A stretch of DNA of 32,000 nt from positions 60,001 through 92,000 of the forward strand of contig NZ_JHXR01000017.1 in assembly GCF_000621645.1 (NCBI RefSeq), written 5' to 3'. Every line of letters begins with the position of its first letter. The stretch's first letter is position 1. Source of the DNA: Vibrio cholerae ATCC 14035. GTDB lineage: Bacteria; Pseudomonadota; Gammaproteobacteria; Enterobacterales; Vibrionaceae. Position numbers and translations under genes: made by a program. Shown piece by piece: positions 29,310 through 32,000 of this stretch. A model generated the notes under the pieces. It was not told the origin of the DNA, did no database searches, and worked only from the letters and a program-made list of their open reading frames with translations.

Positions 29310-29337
29310 TAAAAATGAGGCTGCGTGATCGCAGCCT
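29310..29337 (-). terminator. Rho-independent terminator after yqgE
   Basis: The minus strand reads aggctgcg-atca-cgcagcct followed by cattttta. Confidence 0.75.
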
Positions 29338-29346
29338 TGGATATGG

Positions 29347-29910
29347 TTAGGCGTGTCCGGCGTCGCTGGAAAGCTGCGCAGGGGAGATGCCGAGTTTTTG
29401 AATAGCCTTTTGCCATTTCTCATGCACGGGCGTGTTAAAAATCAGCTCAGGATCCGCTTCTATGGTGAGCCACGAGTTTTCGGTGAGTTCCACCTCTAAC
29501 TGGCCAGCAGACCAACCCGAATAGCCCAGCGCGACAATGTAGCCTTCAGGCTCCGCCTCGGTACCCAGTACAGTGAGAATATCCTTCGAGGTGGTGACGG
29601 CGATATCATCGGTCATCTTCATGCTCGATTCATAGTGATCGCGCGGACGATGCAGAATAAACCCACGATCTTCCGACACCGGACCACCATTAAACACCGG
29701 CTTTTTCAGACTCTCTTGGTGCGATTGTGGGTAAGCGGGCTCAATATCGACCTGCTTGAGCATGCCGCCGACCGTAATATCGATCGGCGCATTGATCATT
29801 AACCCCATCGCACCATCTTGGTTGTGCTCGCAAATATAAATCACGCTGCGCTTGAAGTAAGGATCCTTCATGCTTGGCATGGCAACCAGAAAATGATTGG
29901 TAAGATTCAT
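29347..29910 (-). CDS. yqgE: YqgE/AlgH-family protein (UPF0301)
   Basis: [30 protein letters not shown] matches the E. coli YqgE N-terminus; 187 aa. The track start at 29949 overlaps gshB. Confidence 0.9.
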   Translation of the reverse strand: MNLTNHFLVAMPSMKDPYFKRSVIYICEHNQDGAMGLMINAPIDITVGGMLKQVDIEPAYPQSHQESLKKPVFNGGPVSEDRGFILHRPRDHYESSMKMTDDIAVTTSKDILTVLGTEAEPEGYIVALGYSGWSAGQLEVELTENSWLTIEADPELIFNTPVHEKWQKAIQKLGISPAQLSSDAGHA

Positions 29911-29945
29911 ACTGTGTCCAACCTCTATGTCACTGCTATGGTTGC

Positions 29946-30902
29946 TCACATCGCCGTCGCTTTTAAGCGACGCTCAATGGCATCCATCAGCTTGCCTGTG
30001 ATGGAAATATCGTACGCAGCTTCAATCTCTCGAATGCAGGTTGGGCTGGTGACGTTAATTTCGGTCAGTTTATCGCCAATGACATCTAAGCCTACAAACA
30101 GCAGCCCTTTCTCTTTGAGAGTCGGTGCGACCGCTAGGGCAATTTTCTTATCGGTTTCACTCAGTGGGCGTGGCTCACCACGACCGCCGGCCGCCAAGTT
30201 ACCGCGGGTTTCCCCTTTGGCGGGGATACGCGCCAAGCAGTAAGGCATAGGTTCACCATCGACCACCAAAATGCGTTTATCACCGTTGCTGATATCTGGT
30301 ACAAAGGTCTGCGCCATGCAGTAATTCTGGCCGTGGTTGGTTAAGGTTTCGATGATCACTGAGAGGTTTGGATCGCCCTCTTTAACGCGGAAAATCGAAG
30401 CACCGCCCATGCCATCGAGGGGTTTTAGAATCACATCCCCATGCTGTTCACGGAAGGCTTTAATCTTCTCGGCTTTGCGCGTCACCATAGTGATCGGCGT
30501 AAGCTCAGGGAACCAAGCGGTGAACAGTTTTTCATTACAATCGCGTAGGCTTTGTGGTTTGTTCACCACCAATACGCCTTCATCTTCCGCACGTTCCAAA
30601 ATGTAGGTTGCGTAGATGTATTCGGTGTCGAACGGCGGATCCTTACGCATTAAAATCGCATCCAATTCAGAAAGGGCGATAGTTTGCTCGGATTTGAATT
30701 GATACCAACCGTTGGGATCTTCTTTCAGCTCGACAACCTTGGTATCGGCCAGTGCCACACCTTGCTCTAAGTGTAGATCATTCATTTCCATATAATGGAT
30801 TTCATAACCGCGACGCTGCGCTTCAAGCATCATGGCAAAGCTGGAATCTTTTTTGATGTTAATGGAAGCGATGGGATCCATCACAATACCGAGTTTAATC
30901 AT
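29946..30902 (-). CDS. gshB: Glutathione synthetase
   Basis: [11 protein letters not shown]..; ATP-grasp fold; 318 aa. Confidence 0.96.
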   Translation of the reverse strand: MIKLGIVMDPIASINIKKDSSFAMMLEAQRRGYEIHYMEMNDLHLEQGVALADTKVVELKEDPNGWYQFKSEQTIALSELDAILMRKDPPFDTEYIYATYILERAEDEGVLVVNKPQSLRDCNEKLFTAWFPELTPITMVTRKAEKIKAFREQHGDVILKPLDGMGGASIFRVKEGDPNLSVIIETLTNHGQNYCMAQTFVPDISNGDKRILVVDGEPMPYCLARIPAKGETRGNLAAGGRGEPRPLSETDKKIALAVAPTLKEKGLLFVGLDVIGDKLTEINVTSPTCIREIEAAYDISITGKLMDAIERRLKATAM

Positions 30903-30915
30903 GGTTTATCTCCAT

Positions 30916-31647
30916 TTAGCCAAGATCGCCGAAACGAACTTGTAGTGCAGTTATCGCTGTGAGTGCCGCAGTTTCTGTGCGCAGTACGCGTGGGCCTAAC
31001 AAGGTTTCTTCAAACTGGTAACGGCGAGTCATATCAATTTCTTCCGCTGACAAGCCGCCTTCAGGACCAATCAGCAAACGAACTTTGCTCACTGGGGTGG
31101 GTAAGGTGTTGATCGAGTATTTAGCGCGTGGGTGCAAATTGAGTTTCAGTGCCTCGGTGGGTTCTGCACACCAAGCTTCGAGATCCATAATTGGGCGGAT
31201 TTCTGGCACGGTATTACGGCCACACTGCTCGCAAGCGCTGATCGCAATTTTCTGCCACTGCTGGATCTTCTTCTCGAAGCGTTTTTCATCCAGCTTCACG
31301 CCACAACGCTCAGAAAGCAGAGGGGTGATGGTAGTGACGCCCAATTCCACCGATTTTTGGATGGTGAATTCCATCTTATCGCCGCGTGAAATCACCTGCC
31401 CAAGATGCAGATCGAGCGGCGATTCAATGCTGTTTTCTACGCGCTCAGTGATATTGACCAATACCTGTTTTTTGCCAACTTCACTGATCACGGCTGGGAA
31501 TTCAGCCCCAAAACCATCAAACAGCAGCACTTCTTGCCCAGCTTGCATACGCAATACGCGACCGATATGCCCTGCGGCATCTTCACTCAGGGCTACGGTG
31601 CCAAGCTGGTGGATCGGTTCTGGATGATAAATTCGAGGGATGCGCAT
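30916..31647 (-). CDS. rsmE: 16S rRNA (uracil1498-N3)-methyltransferase
   Basis: MRIPRIY..; C-terminal ..IGPEGG.S..E..LGPR.LR.ETA SPOUT motif; 243 aa. Confidence 0.93.
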   Translation of the reverse strand: MRIPRIYHPEPIHQLGTVALSEDAAGHIGRVLRMQAGQEVLLFDGFGAEFPAVISEVGKKQVLVNITERVENSIESPLDLHLGQVISRGDKMEFTIQKSVELGVTTITPLLSERCGVKLDEKRFEKKIQQWQKIAISACEQCGRNTVPEIRPIMDLEAWCAEPTEALKLNLHPRAKYSINTLPTPVSKVRLLIGPEGGLSAEEIDMTRRYQFEETLLGPRVLRTETAALTAITALQVRFGDLG

Positions 31648-31763
31648 GCGGATAATTCCTAATCATTAAACGAGGTTACCGTCTTCCAACGTAAAGCGGT
31701 AACTTCAGTTGGAAGAGGGATATCTGGCCTCTAACATGGATGCAAGTGGGGCAAAATACAAGG

Positions 31764-31784
31764 GGGCAGGGTGAGATTCTGCCC
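31764..31784 (-). terminator. Weak hairpin just after the endA stop
   Basis: gggcag-(9 nt)-ctgccc. The minus strand is followed by ccttgtatttt. Confidence 0.35.
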
Positions 31785-31785
31785 A

Positions 31786-32000
31786 TCAGTTCGGGCATTG
31801 CTCACGCACAAAGCGGTTCGAGTTGCCTTGCACTTTTTCGATCTTTTGGTCACGCACACATTCCCATTCGCTGACCGGATACTGATTGTTCCACGCCTGC
31901 ATTAATTGGTTTTGCGCTTTGGAAAGTCGCAAACCGTACTGCTCACTCATGTACAGATATGTACGCGCAATCGCCCCGCGTGCACGCTCTGGCGGCATGG
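31786..32000 (-). CDS. endA: Endonuclease I (periplasmic/extracellular DNase; Dns in V. cholerae), 3' part only
   Basis: C-terminal ..[20 protein letters not shown]...I...QGN.N.F is typical of EndA. The gene continues beyond the window end. Confidence 0.88.
   Translation of the reverse strand, partial: MPPERARGAIARTYLYMSEQYGLRLSKAQNQLMQAWNNQYPVSEWECVRDQKIEKVQGNSNRFVREQCPN

Noticed and set aside
31675-31716. H-type pseudoknot formed by the interleaved stems
   Set aside because: Loop 1 would be 0 nt across a 9-bp helix, which is sterically implausible. Alternative hairpins are more likely.

Overview
The window is dense with housekeeping genes and syntenic with enterobacterial core regions. 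It is almost certainly Vibrio cholerae chromosome 1, around VC0437-VC0470 (locus numbers from memory, unverified). The evidence is the GACCCTA heptamer VNTR directly upstream of obg/cgtA, the gene order, and ERIC-like repeats with a vibrio-type core. Gene order is: obg, yjjP-yjjB, folA, the lptD-surA-pdxA-rsmA-apaG-apaH block (minus strand), djlA, two paralogous tRNA operons (9 tRNAs) bracketing a methyl-accepting chemotaxis gene, mltC-yggX-mutY, trmB, glsA, hemW-rdgB, a secreted DUF4426-like protein, yggU-yggT-proC-yggS, pilT-pilU, an orphan LuxR-type regulator, tyrS, ruvX-yqgE-gshB-rsmE, and the 3' end of endA/dns. I found no CRISPR array, integrase, transposase, toxin-antitoxin pair, defence-like operon or compositional island. 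I therefore cannot support a claim of a novel multi-gene system here. The items most worth a second look are: (1) a 5-member ERIC/IRU-like palindromic repeat family inserted at stop codons, one copy supplying the last five codons and the stop of folA; (2) a duplicated tRNA operon bracketing the MCP, including a tRNA-Asn copy with a 1-nt acceptor-stem deletion; (3) an uncharacterised LuxR-type solo regulator between pilU and tyrS; (4) three GAACTT hexamers spaced exactly 16 bp apart in the lptD leader, next to a sigma-E-like promoter. All product calls rest on recognising protein families by eye from the ORF translations. No searches were run.
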